A DNA stretch of 64,000 bases from Longimicrobiales bacterium (lineage in GTDB: Bacteria; Gemmatimonadota; Gemmatimonadetes; Longimicrobiales; Gaopeijiaceae), in assembly GCA_965203485.1 (NCBI GenBank), contig OZ241892.1, positions 3,456,001 to 3,520,000 on the forward strand, given 5' to 3'. Below, in pieces: positions 28,703-38,846 of this stretch (the stretch's first letter is position 1; every line of letters begins with the position of its first letter). The notes under the pieces are model-generated. The model did no database searches. It worked only from the letters and a program-made list of their open reading frames with translations, and was not told where the DNA came from. A program made the translations under genes and the position numbers.

Positions 28703-30265
28703 CTAACGCCGCTCGGCCGGCGCGCCGTAGGGGTACAACGCGGCCAAGTCGACGTTCTCGTAGGGCAGGGCGTCGAGGAAGGTGGTGCCCACGAAGGGCT
28801 CGGGGGCTTCGACGACGACGATGGTGCGCGCGAAGCCCGTCTCGTCGAATCCTCTGCGAAAGTGGACGCGCGACTTGACCACGAACACGTCGTAGTCGTC
28901 CGGATTCACCGGCCCCAGCCTGAACGATTCCGGATGGAGGATTTGCGTGTAGGCGGGGGTCAGGAACGCCAAGTTGCCGGCGCCGAACGACACGGCCGCA
29001 ACGGTGTCGTGGCCCAGGCCCCCGCCGAAGTGCTCCAACTTGCCCCGGATGCGGTGCGGCGCGCCGCCCGAGGGCGTGAAGCCGCCGATCTCGGCGTCGA
29101 AGGAATCGCCGGCACGCACGTCCGCCTCCGCCAGGGCCTCCAGCGTTGCGGGCGACGTGATCGCGCCGTAGAGGACCCTCTCGATGCCGGCGCGCTCGAA
29201 CGCGGCCAGGACGTGAGTGGCGTCGCCCGGACGGTCGCTGTGGTCGCCGACCGCCACCGGCGCCTCGCCTCGGGCCAGAGCCTCCGCAACGACGCGGGCC
29301 GCTTCGTTCGGCGGCGGGTAGGCTCCCGTCGCGAACTCTTCGCGCACCCTCCACATGAAGTCGCTCATGTCGTCCGCGATGCGGTCTGCGAGCGCTTGGT
29401 CGTCGTTGGTCACGACATGGACGGTCGCCCCCACGTCGGGCACGTCGGACCAGGGATAGCCGTAGAAGACGCTCACGAAGGCGCCCGGCTCGCGGGCCTC
29501 CCAACGGCGCGCTCGCTCCATGATGTCCATGGACGGAGACGCGCCGGTCCACTGAAGCACGGTGGCGGTGACGATGCCGGGCTTGCGGGTGGCCGACGTG
29601 GCCGTGTACTCGCCCTTGGCGGCCAAGCGGAGGGCGCGCGCGGCCCGTTCGCCCTGGGCGCGGGCGTCGTAGTGCGGGTAGCGCTTGGTGACGAACGCGA
29701 AGTCGGCGTGCTCCAGGAAGGCGGCGTCCTCGTTGCCGTGCAGGTCGAAGGTGGCGGCGATGGGAACGCCGGGCCCGACCGCCTCCCGAAAGCGCCGGGC
29801 GATCTCGGCTTCGGGGCGCGCGACGTCGCGGACGGCCATCGCGCCGTGGAGAGCCAGGTAGACGGCATCGACCGGCGCCTGCGTCTCCAGGTCCGCCAGC
29901 ATCGCGTCCAAGAAGTGGTCGAAGGTCGCCTTCGTGTTCCAGCTGCGCGACGAGCCGCCGAAGACCCCGTTCGGAGACTGAAGCGGGGCCAGTTCGACGT
30001 CGCCGAACTCCCCGGCCCGGCTGGCGAAGCCGCGGACGTAGGGATCCGACGCCAGAAGCGCGCCGCCCGTCAAGGGCTCGCTTTGCCGGAGCCAGTCCGC
30101 CACCTCGGTGTCGCCGCCGGGGCAGAAGGTGCACGTCTCGTGCTGGAACTTCGCGACGGCGAAGCGCAGGGGCGGCGGCGCGGCGGAAGCGCACGACGCG
30201 ACGAGGAGCACGGCGGCCAGCGCGGTGGGGCGGGTCAATGGGCCGATGGGCTTGGGCGTTTGCAT
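28703..30265 (-). CDS. M81-family metallopeptidase (MlrC-like), exported
   Basis: FQHETCTF, YLALHGAM, FDLHGN, YPHYD, VVKSRVHFR; signal/lipoprotein peptide. Confidence 0.85.
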   Translation of the reverse strand: MQTPKPIGPLTRPTALAAVLLVASCASAAPPPLRFAVAKFQHETCTFCPGGDTEVADWLRQSEPLTGGALLASDPYVRGFASRAGEFGDVELAPLQSPNGVFGGSSRSWNTKATFDHFLDAMLADLETQAPVDAVYLALHGAMAVRDVARPEAEIARRFREAVGPGVPIAATFDLHGNEDAAFLEHADFAFVTKRYPHYDARAQGERAARALRLAAKGEYTATSATRKPGIVTATVLQWTGASPSMDIMERARRWEAREPGAFVSVFYGYPWSDVPDVGATVHVVTNDDQALADRIADDMSDFMWRVREEFATGAYPPPNEAARVVAEALARGEAPVAVGDHSDRPGDATHVLAAFERAGIERVLYGAITSPATLEALAEADVRAGDSFDAEIGGFTPSGGAPHRIRGKLEHFGGGLGHDTVAAVSFGAGNLAFLTPAYTQILHPESFRLGPVNPDDYDVFVVKSRVHFRRGFDETGFARTIVVVEAPEPFVGTTFLDALPYENVDLAALYPYGAPAERR

Positions 30266-30422
30266 GGCGGTTGGCGTGGCTGGAAAGGAGCCGATCCGGG
30301 TCCGGGGCCGGGCGCGCCAAAGTTGCGGCGCCGGGCCTCCGTCCACCATACTACCGTCCGAATCCATCCACGACACCCCGGCCCTGCCTTTCGGCGGCGC
30401 CCCGACCCCCGGACGTCCCCCC

Positions 30423-31691
30423 ATGGAATACAATCCCGACCTCCCCTGGTACCGGCGGCTTCACTGGCAGGTCGCCGCCGCCATGCTCCTCGGTGCGCTC
30501 GTCGGTGGCTTCGGCGGCGAGTCGGCGGCCGAAGCGCTGGGCTGGATCGGCGACCTCTTCATGCGCCTCCTGCGGATGATCATCGTGCCTCTGGTGCTCA
30601 CGTCGATCGTGTCCGGCGTGGCGTCCGTGGGCGGAGGGCGGGCCATCGGGCGGCTCTTCAGCAAGACGCTGGGCTACTACGTCACGTCGAGCCTGCTGGC
30701 GGCGTGCGTGGGCGTGCTGATGTTCAACCTGTGGAGTCCGGGCAGCGGCGCCGACCTGAGCGCGGCGGCCCAGGAGGAGTTGCCGCAACTCGACACGCCG
30801 ACCGGCATCGACCTGCTCCTGAACGTCGTGCCGCGCAACTTCATCGATGCGATGGCGTCCGGCGACATGCTGGCGATCATCTTCTTCTGCATCGTCTTCG
30901 GGGCCGCCGTCACGACCCTGCCCGAAAAGCCGCGCACGCTGGTCACCGACATCTTCGAGTCGTTCTTCAAGGTCATGATGAACCTCACGTCGGGGATCAT
31001 CAAGTTCCTTCCCATCGGCGTGTTCGCGCTGATCACGCGGATGGTCGGCAACACGGGCTTGGACGCGTTCGCCCCGCTGCTCAAGTACGTGGGCACCCTG
31101 GGCTCGGGCTTGGCGATCCACTTCTTGGTCACTCTGCCGCTTCTGCTGATGTTCGTGGGCCGGATCAATCCGTGGATTCACCTGCGCAACATGCGCAACG
31201 CTCTAGTCACGGCGTTCTCGACGAGTTCGTCGGCGGCGACGCTCCCCGTGACGATCGACTCGGTCCGTTCGAAGGTCGGCGTGTCCAACAAGGTGTCGTC
31301 GTTCGTGTTGCCGATGGGCGCCACGGTGAACATGGACGGCACCGCGGTGTTCGAGTGCATCGGCGCATTGTTCATCGCGCAGGCGCTGGGCATCGAGATT
31401 ACCGTCATGCAGCAGTTCCTGGTCGTCGCCACCGCGTTGCTGGCGTCCATCGGGGCCGCGGCGGTGCCGTCGGCGGGCTTGGTGATCATCTTCATCGTGC
31501 TGGACGTGATCGGCCTGGGCGACAATGCGAACGCCACGGCAATCGTGGGAATGATGCTGGCCATCGACCGCCCGCTCGACATGTGCCGCACCGCCGTCAA
31601 CGTCTACAGCGATTCGTGCGGCGCGGCGATCATCGCGCGTTCGGAGGGCGAAGAGGGGGTGGACGCGGAAGTGCAGGGACAGGTGGCGTGA
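30423..31691 (+). CDS. Dicarboxylate/amino acid:cation symporter (DAACS)
   Basis: AFSTSSSAATLP, GATVNMDGT, SIGAAAVP, DMCRTAVN. Confidence 0.93.
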   Translation: MEYNPDLPWYRRLHWQVAAAMLLGALVGGFGGESAAEALGWIGDLFMRLLRMIIVPLVLTSIVSGVASVGGGRAIGRLFSKTLGYYVTSSLLAACVGVLMFNLWSPGSGADLSAAAQEELPQLDTPTGIDLLLNVVPRNFIDAMASGDMLAIIFFCIVFGAAVTTLPEKPRTLVTDIFESFFKVMMNLTSGIIKFLPIGVFALITRMVGNTGLDAFAPLLKYVGTLGSGLAIHFLVTLPLLLMFVGRINPWIHLRNMRNALVTAFSTSSSAATLPVTIDSVRSKVGVSNKVSSFVLPMGATVNMDGTAVFECIGALFIAQALGIEITVMQQFLVVATALLASIGAAAVPSAGLVIIFIVLDVIGLGDNANATAIVGMMLAIDRPLDMCRTAVNVYSDSCGAAIIARSEGEEGVDAEVQGQVA

Positions 31692-31755
31692 CAAGAACGG
31701 GTGGCACGCAGGATTGTTCGCACCGCCCGTCGATGCTATCCGGCGTTAGCGTCGC

Positions 31756-33051
31756 TTGGCCAAGGCCAGTAGGTTGCTAGTCTCCTTCGCCGTTACGAAC
31801 TGGGCCTGCTTCCGGGATCGGCAGGAACTCTCCGCCGAGGCCGTGGGCCGGACTGGCGACGCTTTCGCGTTCGACACGGGCGTACGCCGGATTCCTCGGC
31901 TCAATCGCGTGACCGCCGTCTACGGCGCCAACGGCAGCGGCAAGTCGCGCTTGTTGCAAGCGTTGGGATTTATGAAGGAATACGTCGTGGGTTCTGCGAA
32001 GAAGGGTCAGGCGGGAGACGACATCGGCGTCGTGCCATTTCTCTTCGACGCGAAGACGAGGAAGCAACCAACAGTCTTTGAAGCCTGTTTCATCACCAAC
32101 GACGGGATCGTGTATGATTATGCGTTCTCAGTAGACGACAGGCGGGTCCACGAAGAACGACTGTCGTGTTGGATGCCTGGGAGCCGCAGACGCGGATTAT
32201 TGCACCGCAAGTATGACACGGTAACCGCAGTAGAAGAATGGCGTTTCGGCGCAGCGGTTCGGGGCCCAAAATCTGTTTGGCGATCCAGCACGCGTGAGAA
32301 TGCACTCCTTGTTTCGGTGGCCGCGCAACTGAACAGCGATACGTTTCGCCCGGTCGTCGATTGGTTTCAGCGTTTGGGTTTTGTCACGCCTAAATATCCA
32401 GGTCCTACGTACACGGCATCGAGAATTGCCGTTGAAGATGAATTCCGAATAAGAGTGATGAACCTACTTCGAGACGCAGACATTCACGGCGACGCTCTCG
32501 AAACTCGAAAAACGAGCGTTGCGGTAGATGATATCCGTCCTCATGTGGCACCAAGCTTGCTGAAGCAAGTGATTGAAAAAGGCAAATCCACATTCGACGT
32601 GATCGATACTAGCATCGTGCACCCCGTGGCTGGTGATGCCACGCCGTGTGCATTGGACATGACTGAAGAATCGGATGGAACTCAAAGACTCTTTTTGCTG
32701 GCTGGACCTTGGCTCGATGTGCTTGACAACGATCGCATCGTAATTGTTGATGAACTGGACAGCAGTCTGCATCCGTTGTTGGTGACGGCGTTGGTGAGAA
32801 AGATCAACGAAGGGAACGGAAGACCTGGCCGGGCACAGCTCGTGGCAACGCTTCACGACGTGTCGCTATTGCGCGGTGTTTTCCATAGAGGTCAAATTTG
32901 GCTTGCTGAGAAGACGAGGAACACTGGCGCGTGCAGGATTAAGGCGTTGTCCGATTATCGTCGCCGCCGTAAGGAGGAAGTCATGACTGACTACCTAGAA
33001 GGACGATTTGGAGGCGTACCAGTGATTGCCGGATCGAATTCGGCGGATTGA
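31756..33051 (+). CDS. ABC-type ATPase (RloA/AAA_21-like)
   Basis: YGANGSGKS Walker A, ESDGT signature, IVDELDSSLHP Walker B, ATLHD H-loop, YLEGRFGGVP terminus. The start could be TTG 31774. Confidence 0.85.
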   Translation: MAKASRLLVSFAVTNWACFRDRQELSAEAVGRTGDAFAFDTGVRRIPRLNRVTAVYGANGSGKSRLLQALGFMKEYVVGSAKKGQAGDDIGVVPFLFDAKTRKQPTVFEACFITNDGIVYDYAFSVDDRRVHEERLSCWMPGSRRRGLLHRKYDTVTAVEEWRFGAAVRGPKSVWRSSTRENALLVSVAAQLNSDTFRPVVDWFQRLGFVTPKYPGPTYTASRIAVEDEFRIRVMNLLRDADIHGDALETRKTSVAVDDIRPHVAPSLLKQVIEKGKSTFDVIDTSIVHPVAGDATPCALDMTEESDGTQRLFLLAGPWLDVLDNDRIVIVDELDSSLHPLLVTALVRKINEGNGRPGRAQLVATLHDVSLLRGVFHRGQIWLAEKTRNTGACRIKALSDYRRRRKEEVMTDYLEGRFGGVPVIAGSNSAD

Positions 33052-33071
33052 AATCACTGCTGAGGATATAA

Positions 33072-33707
33072 GTGAGCAAGAAGCGACGACGGTGGGGAAG
33101 ACGAGCGGCGACCAAGGACGTTGCACCACGGATACTTATATTGTGCGAAGGAGCAAAAACGGAAATCACGTACTTCAACGCAATCAAGAGATCTCTTCAA
33201 ATTCCAAGCATGGATATCAAGCACTGCAAAGGAGTGAAAGGTGTGGTGGCGTATGTGAGTGACGACAAGATAGGAAATTTTAATGAGATATGGTGCGTTG
33301 TGGATCACGATGAGAGATATGAAGATGTACGAGTTTTGATTGATCGCATAGAAATGATACGCAAACGACGCCGAAAGCGATACGAATTGAACAGAATAGA
33401 GACGATCATATCCATCCCATGCTTCGAATACTGGTTACTACTTCATTTCGAAAACATCACCAGAGCATATAGAGGACTCCCAGGCAGGTCCGCATGCAAA
33501 CAAGTAACGAAGCAATTGGAAAAGCACTTGCCTGGCTACGATAAGGCGGATCCTCATATCTACGACGTTTGCTACGACTACTTGGAAACGGCAATTGAGC
33601 GTGCGAAGAAGAACCGCGAGCCTTCGCATTCCTCGACTGATGTGTGGAAGCTGATCGAACGGCTTCAGAATATGGTGCGTGATGACACGTGTGGCGTTGA
33701 TCACTAA
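33072..33707 (+). CDS. rloB: RloB-family protein
   Basis: ILILCEGAKTEITYF, IWCVVDHD, SIPCFEYWLLLHF, YDK, AIERAK, STDVWKLI. Confidence 0.85.
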   Translation: MSKKRRRWGRRAATKDVAPRILILCEGAKTEITYFNAIKRSLQIPSMDIKHCKGVKGVVAYVSDDKIGNFNEIWCVVDHDERYEDVRVLIDRIEMIRKRRRKRYELNRIETIISIPCFEYWLLLHFENITRAYRGLPGRSACKQVTKQLEKHLPGYDKADPHIYDVCYDYLETAIERAKKNREPSHSSTDVWKLIERLQNMVRDDTCGVDH

Positions 33708-33724
33708 TCCATGCATCGTCTCCG

Positions 33725-36136
33725 ATGCTACTTGCTGGGCTTGGTTTGAGAGGACGGCGCCAGTTTCCGCTGAGCGATTCCATTAGGGAGCGCCTGCGCC
33801 TGGGCAGGACGCTCTTCGTTCATCGGTGGCACGCCGCGCAGACGATCGGGGAATGGTGCGGCAACGACTCGGTCGGCGAGCGCTTCGAGCACATCAACCA
33901 CGCCCGGTCGCTGGCGGAGTACGTCTGGAGTTGCGGCCCATTCAAGGAAGACGCCGACGGTTCGGGGCGAGTCGCGCTTGACGGGGACGGCCTGAAGGCC
34001 ATCGTCGCGCCGGTGGCCAGGAAGGGGCGGTCGGTTTTGTCGACCGCGGTGCGTCATGCGGCGACGCTCGGGAGCGACGCGCGGGCGGGCTCCGGTCCCT
34101 TGGACGCGGGCACGCAGCAGTTCGCAACCCGCCTGCTCGGCTTGCACCGGGCCATGCTTCCGTACTACGTCGAGATGCGGTACTTGACGCCGGCGCAGGC
34201 CGAGGGCTTTCGCCGTGGGCCGGTTCCGTTGTTCGAGCCGTTGCTGGCGGCGAACGGGCGGGCTCGCGAGGGAACCGACACCTCGGAGTTGCCGGAGGAC
34301 TTGGTGGCGGCGCTTCAGCGCGCCTTCGCGGTGAACATCTACAGGGCATTGGCTTGCCGCGCACGGGCGGAACTGTTCGAGACCGTGGTCCGGAGTCATC
34401 CGCGGGGAGCGCGTTTCGCAACCGTGGCCACGGGACGCGCGTCGAGGTTCGTCGTCGCGGCGGGTGCGCTGGTGGACGGCGTGCACCGCCAGTTCGTGAT
34501 CCGCGACAAGGCGCTGGCTTCGATGTTGCAGAGCATCGACGAGCCGCCGTTTCCCGCCGTGTTCCGCTGGCTCGCGGCCTTCAAGACGTTCGTGTCCACG
34601 ACGATCACGGCGATGCCCGTGTTCATAGTCAAGAATTTCTTCCGCGACACGCTGGCCGGGTTCGTGGCGGGCCGGTACTTCCAGTGGCCGTTTCTTGGCA
34701 CGCTTGCGGGCGGTTGCCACGCCTTGCACGACATGGCGACGAAACGGTCGCGCACCATGCGCGAGTACCTCCTCCAGGGTGGTTTCTACTCCGGGCTCGT
34801 GGAATCGGAGACGGACTTGGGCCCAACGCGGAACGAGAGGGGCGCGATCCGCCACGCCGTCGTGGCCAAGCGGAAGTGTGGCCTTCTCGTCCACGTATTG
34901 ACTCGTCCCGCATGGCTCGCCGAGGCGGGGACCCGCGTCAACCAGTTTCAGCGAGCGCGGAGGGCCGGCGCGACCAACTACGCCGCGGCCCGGGCCGCGC
35001 GGATGGTGTCCTCGGACTTCGCCAACATCGGGGCATCGAGACCTTGGCGAATGTACGTCCACACGGTTCCGTTCCTGAACGCCGCCATCCAGGGAATCGA
35101 CCAGCTCTACCAAATCGTTCGCTGTCGCTTCCGCGCGGAGCCGTCGGCGCGCAAGTGGAACCTCGAGCAGCGCCGCCACGTCCGCAAGATGATGCTGGCC
35201 GGCCTCTGTCTCGCCGGCGCCAGCTGGGCCGCGTGGAGGTACAACACGTCCGATCCCGCCCGCGTGGCCGCCTACGAAGCCGAGACGGAGTACGACAAGG
35301 CGTCGTGGGTGACCCTGTACGACATTGCCGGCGACGCCGATCTTCGAATCCCCGTGCCGTTCCAGATCGGCGCGGCTTTCGTCAAGGTGCCGGAGATCGC
35401 CTTCGACTTGGCGGCGGGAACCGAGACGCTCGCGGGGATCAGGTTCGCGTGGTCGCTGGTGCACGGCAATCTGTGGATGGGCTGGAAGCCGGCCGTGGTC
35501 CAACCCGTCATCGAAGTCTACACGAACCGCAACTTCTTCGGTTCGGAGATCATTCCGTCCTACATGAGAAACTGGCCGCCCGAGGACCAGTACTTTCATC
35601 GGTCGACGCCGCTCCCGTATCGTCACGCCGGCGAGCGGATCGGCGTCTCGCCGCTGCACGTGCAGACGTTTTGGCGAAGTTGGACGGGCCATCTGGGCAA
35701 CGCAACGGTCGTCTTCCTGGACGAACAGCTGTGGGACGAGACTGAGAACGGACCCAAGCCGTTCTTGCGGACGAAGCGGTTGCTCACCGGCTTGTACAGC
35801 CTTCAGGCGCCCCTGCCGCGCACCTACACGCGCTACGGCGACGAGTTCTACGAAATCGCCGACTGGGCCGACGCCAACGTCCGGGGCCAGAACTGCCGCA
35901 ACGCTTCCAGCCTGACGCCCGAAGCCGCGAGCGAGTGCCGGGCCAACACGCTGACCAACCGAGTGGCTAGAGAAGCCTCCCGCCTGCGCAGAGCAGGCGA
36001 CGACGTGCGCACGGATCGCACCAGGAGTCGCGCAGCCAAGGAAGCCGCGCTGATCGCCATCTACGAGGAGATCGACGACGGCTTCCGCGCGATCCTGCCG
36101 GAGCTGAGGGAGTTGCGCCGCAACGGCGGCGGATGA
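33725..36136 (+). CDS. Stand-alone LPD38-domain protein (C-terminal part of phage large polyvalent proteins)
   Basis: T..P.FIVKNFFRD, E..TR...F, DF..IG, PFLNAAIQG, RIPVPFQIG...KVPE, P.V.PVIE..TNRNFFG..I.P, SP..V.....SWTG..G. Confidence 0.7.
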   Translation: MLLAGLGLRGRRQFPLSDSIRERLRLGRTLFVHRWHAAQTIGEWCGNDSVGERFEHINHARSLAEYVWSCGPFKEDADGSGRVALDGDGLKAIVAPVARKGRSVLSTAVRHAATLGSDARAGSGPLDAGTQQFATRLLGLHRAMLPYYVEMRYLTPAQAEGFRRGPVPLFEPLLAANGRAREGTDTSELPEDLVAALQRAFAVNIYRALACRARAELFETVVRSHPRGARFATVATGRASRFVVAAGALVDGVHRQFVIRDKALASMLQSIDEPPFPAVFRWLAAFKTFVSTTITAMPVFIVKNFFRDTLAGFVAGRYFQWPFLGTLAGGCHALHDMATKRSRTMREYLLQGGFYSGLVESETDLGPTRNERGAIRHAVVAKRKCGLLVHVLTRPAWLAEAGTRVNQFQRARRAGATNYAAARAARMVSSDFANIGASRPWRMYVHTVPFLNAAIQGIDQLYQIVRCRFRAEPSARKWNLEQRRHVRKMMLAGLCLAGASWAAWRYNTSDPARVAAYEAETEYDKASWVTLYDIAGDADLRIPVPFQIGAAFVKVPEIAFDLAAGTETLAGIRFAWSLVHGNLWMGWKPAVVQPVIEVYTNRNFFGSEIIPSYMRNWPPEDQYFHRSTPLPYRHAGERIGVSPLHVQTFWRSWTGHLGNATVVFLDEQLWDETENGPKPFLRTKRLLTGLYSLQAPLPRTYTRYGDEFYEIADWADANVRGQNCRNASSLTPEAASECRANTLTNRVAREASRLRRAGDDVRTDRTRSRAAKEAALIAIYEEIDDGFRAILPELRELRRNGGG

Positions 36137-36197
36137 CCGTCGCGCAGATCGCGCCGGTGCTCAAGTCCTGCTATGGGCCGACGCGAACTCGCCGGGA

Positions 36198-37688
36198 CTA
36201 CGAGACTTCCCATCCAGCTCTGTACTCCCGCGTCAGCCACTGATTTGCCGCTTCCACGTTGGCAATGCGCATCGCCTCGCCGTCGTAGTGGATTTCCCGG
36301 CCTTGGCCCGCGCGCAACGCGACTATGCCCAGCAGCATGATTTCGGTGAGCCGGGAGCCGTAGTCGAACGGACAGGACGCGGCGCCGCCGGTCTTGCAGG
36401 CGTTCACCCAGTTCATCTGGTGCGACTCCCCTATGCGCGGCAGCGTCTGGGGCACGTCTTCGGCCTGGGCCGCCAGCCGCTCCGGGTATATCCTGGGGTC
36501 CTGGCCGTAGGTCTCGTGAAGCAGCAGGCCGTCGCGACCGGCGAAAATGACGCCGCCCGTCCGGTTCAGTTCGACGTCGGCGGGAAGCGCGGCCGGACGG
36601 GGAGGCATCAGGCCGCCGTCGTACCAGTGCAGGTCCACGGGCGGAGCGGCGCCGCGGGCGGGGAAGCGGAAGTGGGCGCGCATGGCGAGGGGGAACGTCG
36701 CGGGGTCTTCCTCCGGGCCGCCCCAGGGCGTCGACGTGGCTTCGACGCTCGTCGGATAGCCGAGGTCGAGCGCCCACACGGGATGATCGAACAGGTGCGC
36801 TCCCATGTCGCCCAGCGCGCTCACGCCGAAGTCCACCCAGCCGCGCCAGTTGAAGGGATGGTACACGGGATGGAACGGGACGTCCTTGGTCGTTGGGCCG
36901 AGATAGAGGTCCCAGTCCATGCCCGGGGCCTTTGGATAGTCGGCGTTCATTACGTCGGCGGCCAGCGACAGGATCGCGCCTTGGTGCCATTGCTGGTACC
37001 AGCCCGGATTCAGTCCTTCTTCCCATTGCGCCGGACGAAGGACGCCCTGCGGCCAGATGGGCCGGTTGGTCCAGATGTGGACCTCCGCGACCGGGCCGAG
37101 GACGCCTGCCTGAATCCACTCGACGACGCGGCGCCCGTCGTCCCAGGAATGCCCCATGGCGCCCATCTGCGTGACGACGCCCGTGCGGCGCGCGATGCGG
37201 TCCAGCGCGCGCGCCTCCTGTACCGTGAAGGTGAGCGGCTTCTCGAGATAGATGTGCTTGCCGGCCTCCATGACGGCCTTCGCGATCGGAGCGTGCAAGT
37301 GGTCCGGCGTGGCGACGACCACCGCGTCCAAATCGCTCTCCATGGCCAGCAGCTCCCGGAAGTCCACGTACTGGCGCGCTTGAAGGAACTGTTCGCGCCA
37401 ACGGTGCGCCTTCGCCCGGCGTTCGGGATCGTCGTCCTCGAGGAACTCGGTGGAGCGCCGGTGCACGATGCCGAAGTCCACGTCGCATACCGCCACGATC
37501 CGCTCCGAGCCCAGCTCGAATCCGTTCTCCACTCCCTGGCCGCCGGTGCCGATCACGGCGATGTTGAGCTGGTCCGACGGGGCCTGCCGACTCGGGCCGC
37601 CCACGACGCGCGCCGGAACCACCATCGCGCCCATCGCCATCTTCGACCCGCGGTCGACGAAGCCCCGGCGGCTCAGTTGCTCGGACAT
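36198..37688 (-). CDS. Gfo/Idh/MocA oxidoreductase, Tat-exported
   Basis: SRRGF Tat motif, IGTGGQG, ATPDHLH, EKPL, GDMGAH. Confidence 0.92.
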   Translation of the reverse strand: MSEQLSRRGFVDRGSKMAMGAMVVPARVVGGPSRQAPSDQLNIAVIGTGGQGVENGFELGSERIVAVCDVDFGIVHRRSTEFLEDDDPERRAKAHRWREQFLQARQYVDFRELLAMESDLDAVVVATPDHLHAPIAKAVMEAGKHIYLEKPLTFTVQEARALDRIARRTGVVTQMGAMGHSWDDGRRVVEWIQAGVLGPVAEVHIWTNRPIWPQGVLRPAQWEEGLNPGWYQQWHQGAILSLAADVMNADYPKAPGMDWDLYLGPTTKDVPFHPVYHPFNWRGWVDFGVSALGDMGAHLFDHPVWALDLGYPTSVEATSTPWGGPEEDPATFPLAMRAHFRFPARGAAPPVDLHWYDGGLMPPRPAALPADVELNRTGGVIFAGRDGLLLHETYGQDPRIYPERLAAQAEDVPQTLPRIGESHQMNWVNACKTGGAASCPFDYGSRLTEIMLLGIVALRAGQGREIHYDGEAMRIANVEAANQWLTREYRAGWEVS

Positions 37689-37849
37689 GGTGCCCCTCCC
37701 GTGTTTGAGTGGCTTTAGTTGCGAGGCGCGCGGCGTCCCGTCCAAGCCTGGTCCGCCTGCGATTCAGCGTCGCGTCCACGCGGTCTTGCCCTGGGCTCCG
37801 CGGGCGCGAAAACTTACCAAACGACCCGTCCCGCACCAACCAAGGAACG

Positions 37850-38764
37850 ATGATGCGCATTTCCAGTTCTCGGCAAGTTCAGCGGCTCCCGGCCCTGGCC
37901 GCACTACGCCTCCGGTTGCGGCCCGCGGCGGTGTTCGGATGGCGCCGAGTCGGTCGGCTCGCGGCGGTTGCCTTCGGTCTCGTCCTCGTGCCCTCATGGC
38001 TGTCGGCGACGTGGTCGGTCGTCGCAGTCGACACGCGAACCGGCCAAGTGGTCATTGCGTCCGCGACGTGCGTGGCGCAGGGACGCTTTGCGGGCTTTCC
38101 CGCGAAGGGGCTCATGGACATTCAGGCGATCGTGGTTCCGGGCGTCGGAGTGGCCGCGGCGCAGGCGGGGGTGGACGGGACGCGGGCGAACCAGCGACTC
38201 GTCCACGAGGAGATGAAGAAGGGCACTCCGCCGGACCGGATCATCGAGATGCTGTCCGCCGATCCGCAGTTCGAGCGGCGCCAGTTCGGGATCGTCGATC
38301 TGCAGGGACGTTGCGCGCATCACTCGGGCGCCGACAACGGAGCGGCGTCGCTGGCCGTGGCCGACAGCATTCCCGCCGAGGGCGTCTACTTCTCGGTGCA
38401 GGGAAACATCCTGGCGTCGGACGACGTGGTGCACCTGGCCGTGGCAGCCTTCCACGAGGCCGCGGGCGGAACCATGGCCGACCGGGTCATGGCCGCCATG
38501 GAGGCCGCCGACGCCGCCGGCGGCGACCGCCGTTGCACCTGCGAGACGGACCCGCAACCCCAAGGCGTCCCCTGCACGGCCAAGACCTCGCACGTGGCGT
38601 ACCTGCTGGTGGCGGAGGCCGCCGATCCGGAAGGCGAGTCCTTCAACGACGGCGACCACTCGCTCTTCATCGACGTGACCGACGAGAACATCCGGCCGGG
38701 CGAGGACGCCAATCCAGTCGCGACCCTGCGCATGCGCTACGAACGGTGGAAGGCGGGCGGATAG
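37850..38764 (+). CDS. DUF1028 family (Ntn-hydrolase-like) protein
   Basis: Signal peptide then TWSVVAVD; RQFGIVD, VQGNILA, AGGDRR. Confidence 0.8.
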   Translation: MMRISSSRQVQRLPALAALRLRLRPAAVFGWRRVGRLAAVAFGLVLVPSWLSATWSVVAVDTRTGQVVIASATCVAQGRFAGFPAKGLMDIQAIVVPGVGVAAAQAGVDGTRANQRLVHEEMKKGTPPDRIIEMLSADPQFERRQFGIVDLQGRCAHHSGADNGAASLAVADSIPAEGVYFSVQGNILASDDVVHLAVAAFHEAAGGTMADRVMAAMEAADAAGGDRRCTCETDPQPQGVPCTAKTSHVAYLLVAEAADPEGESFNDGDHSLFIDVTDENIRPGEDANPVATLRMRYERWKAGG

Positions 38765-38846
38765 GACCGCTCTCCCTTGGCCGAGCCGCCCGCTTCGCCT
38801 TACGTTGCTTGGCCTCGACCGGACCCGCCGCTTCCGCGAGTGACCG

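Noticed and set aside
33725..36136. Prophage call based on the LPD38 gene
   Set aside because: No other phage genes, integrase or att sites were detected.
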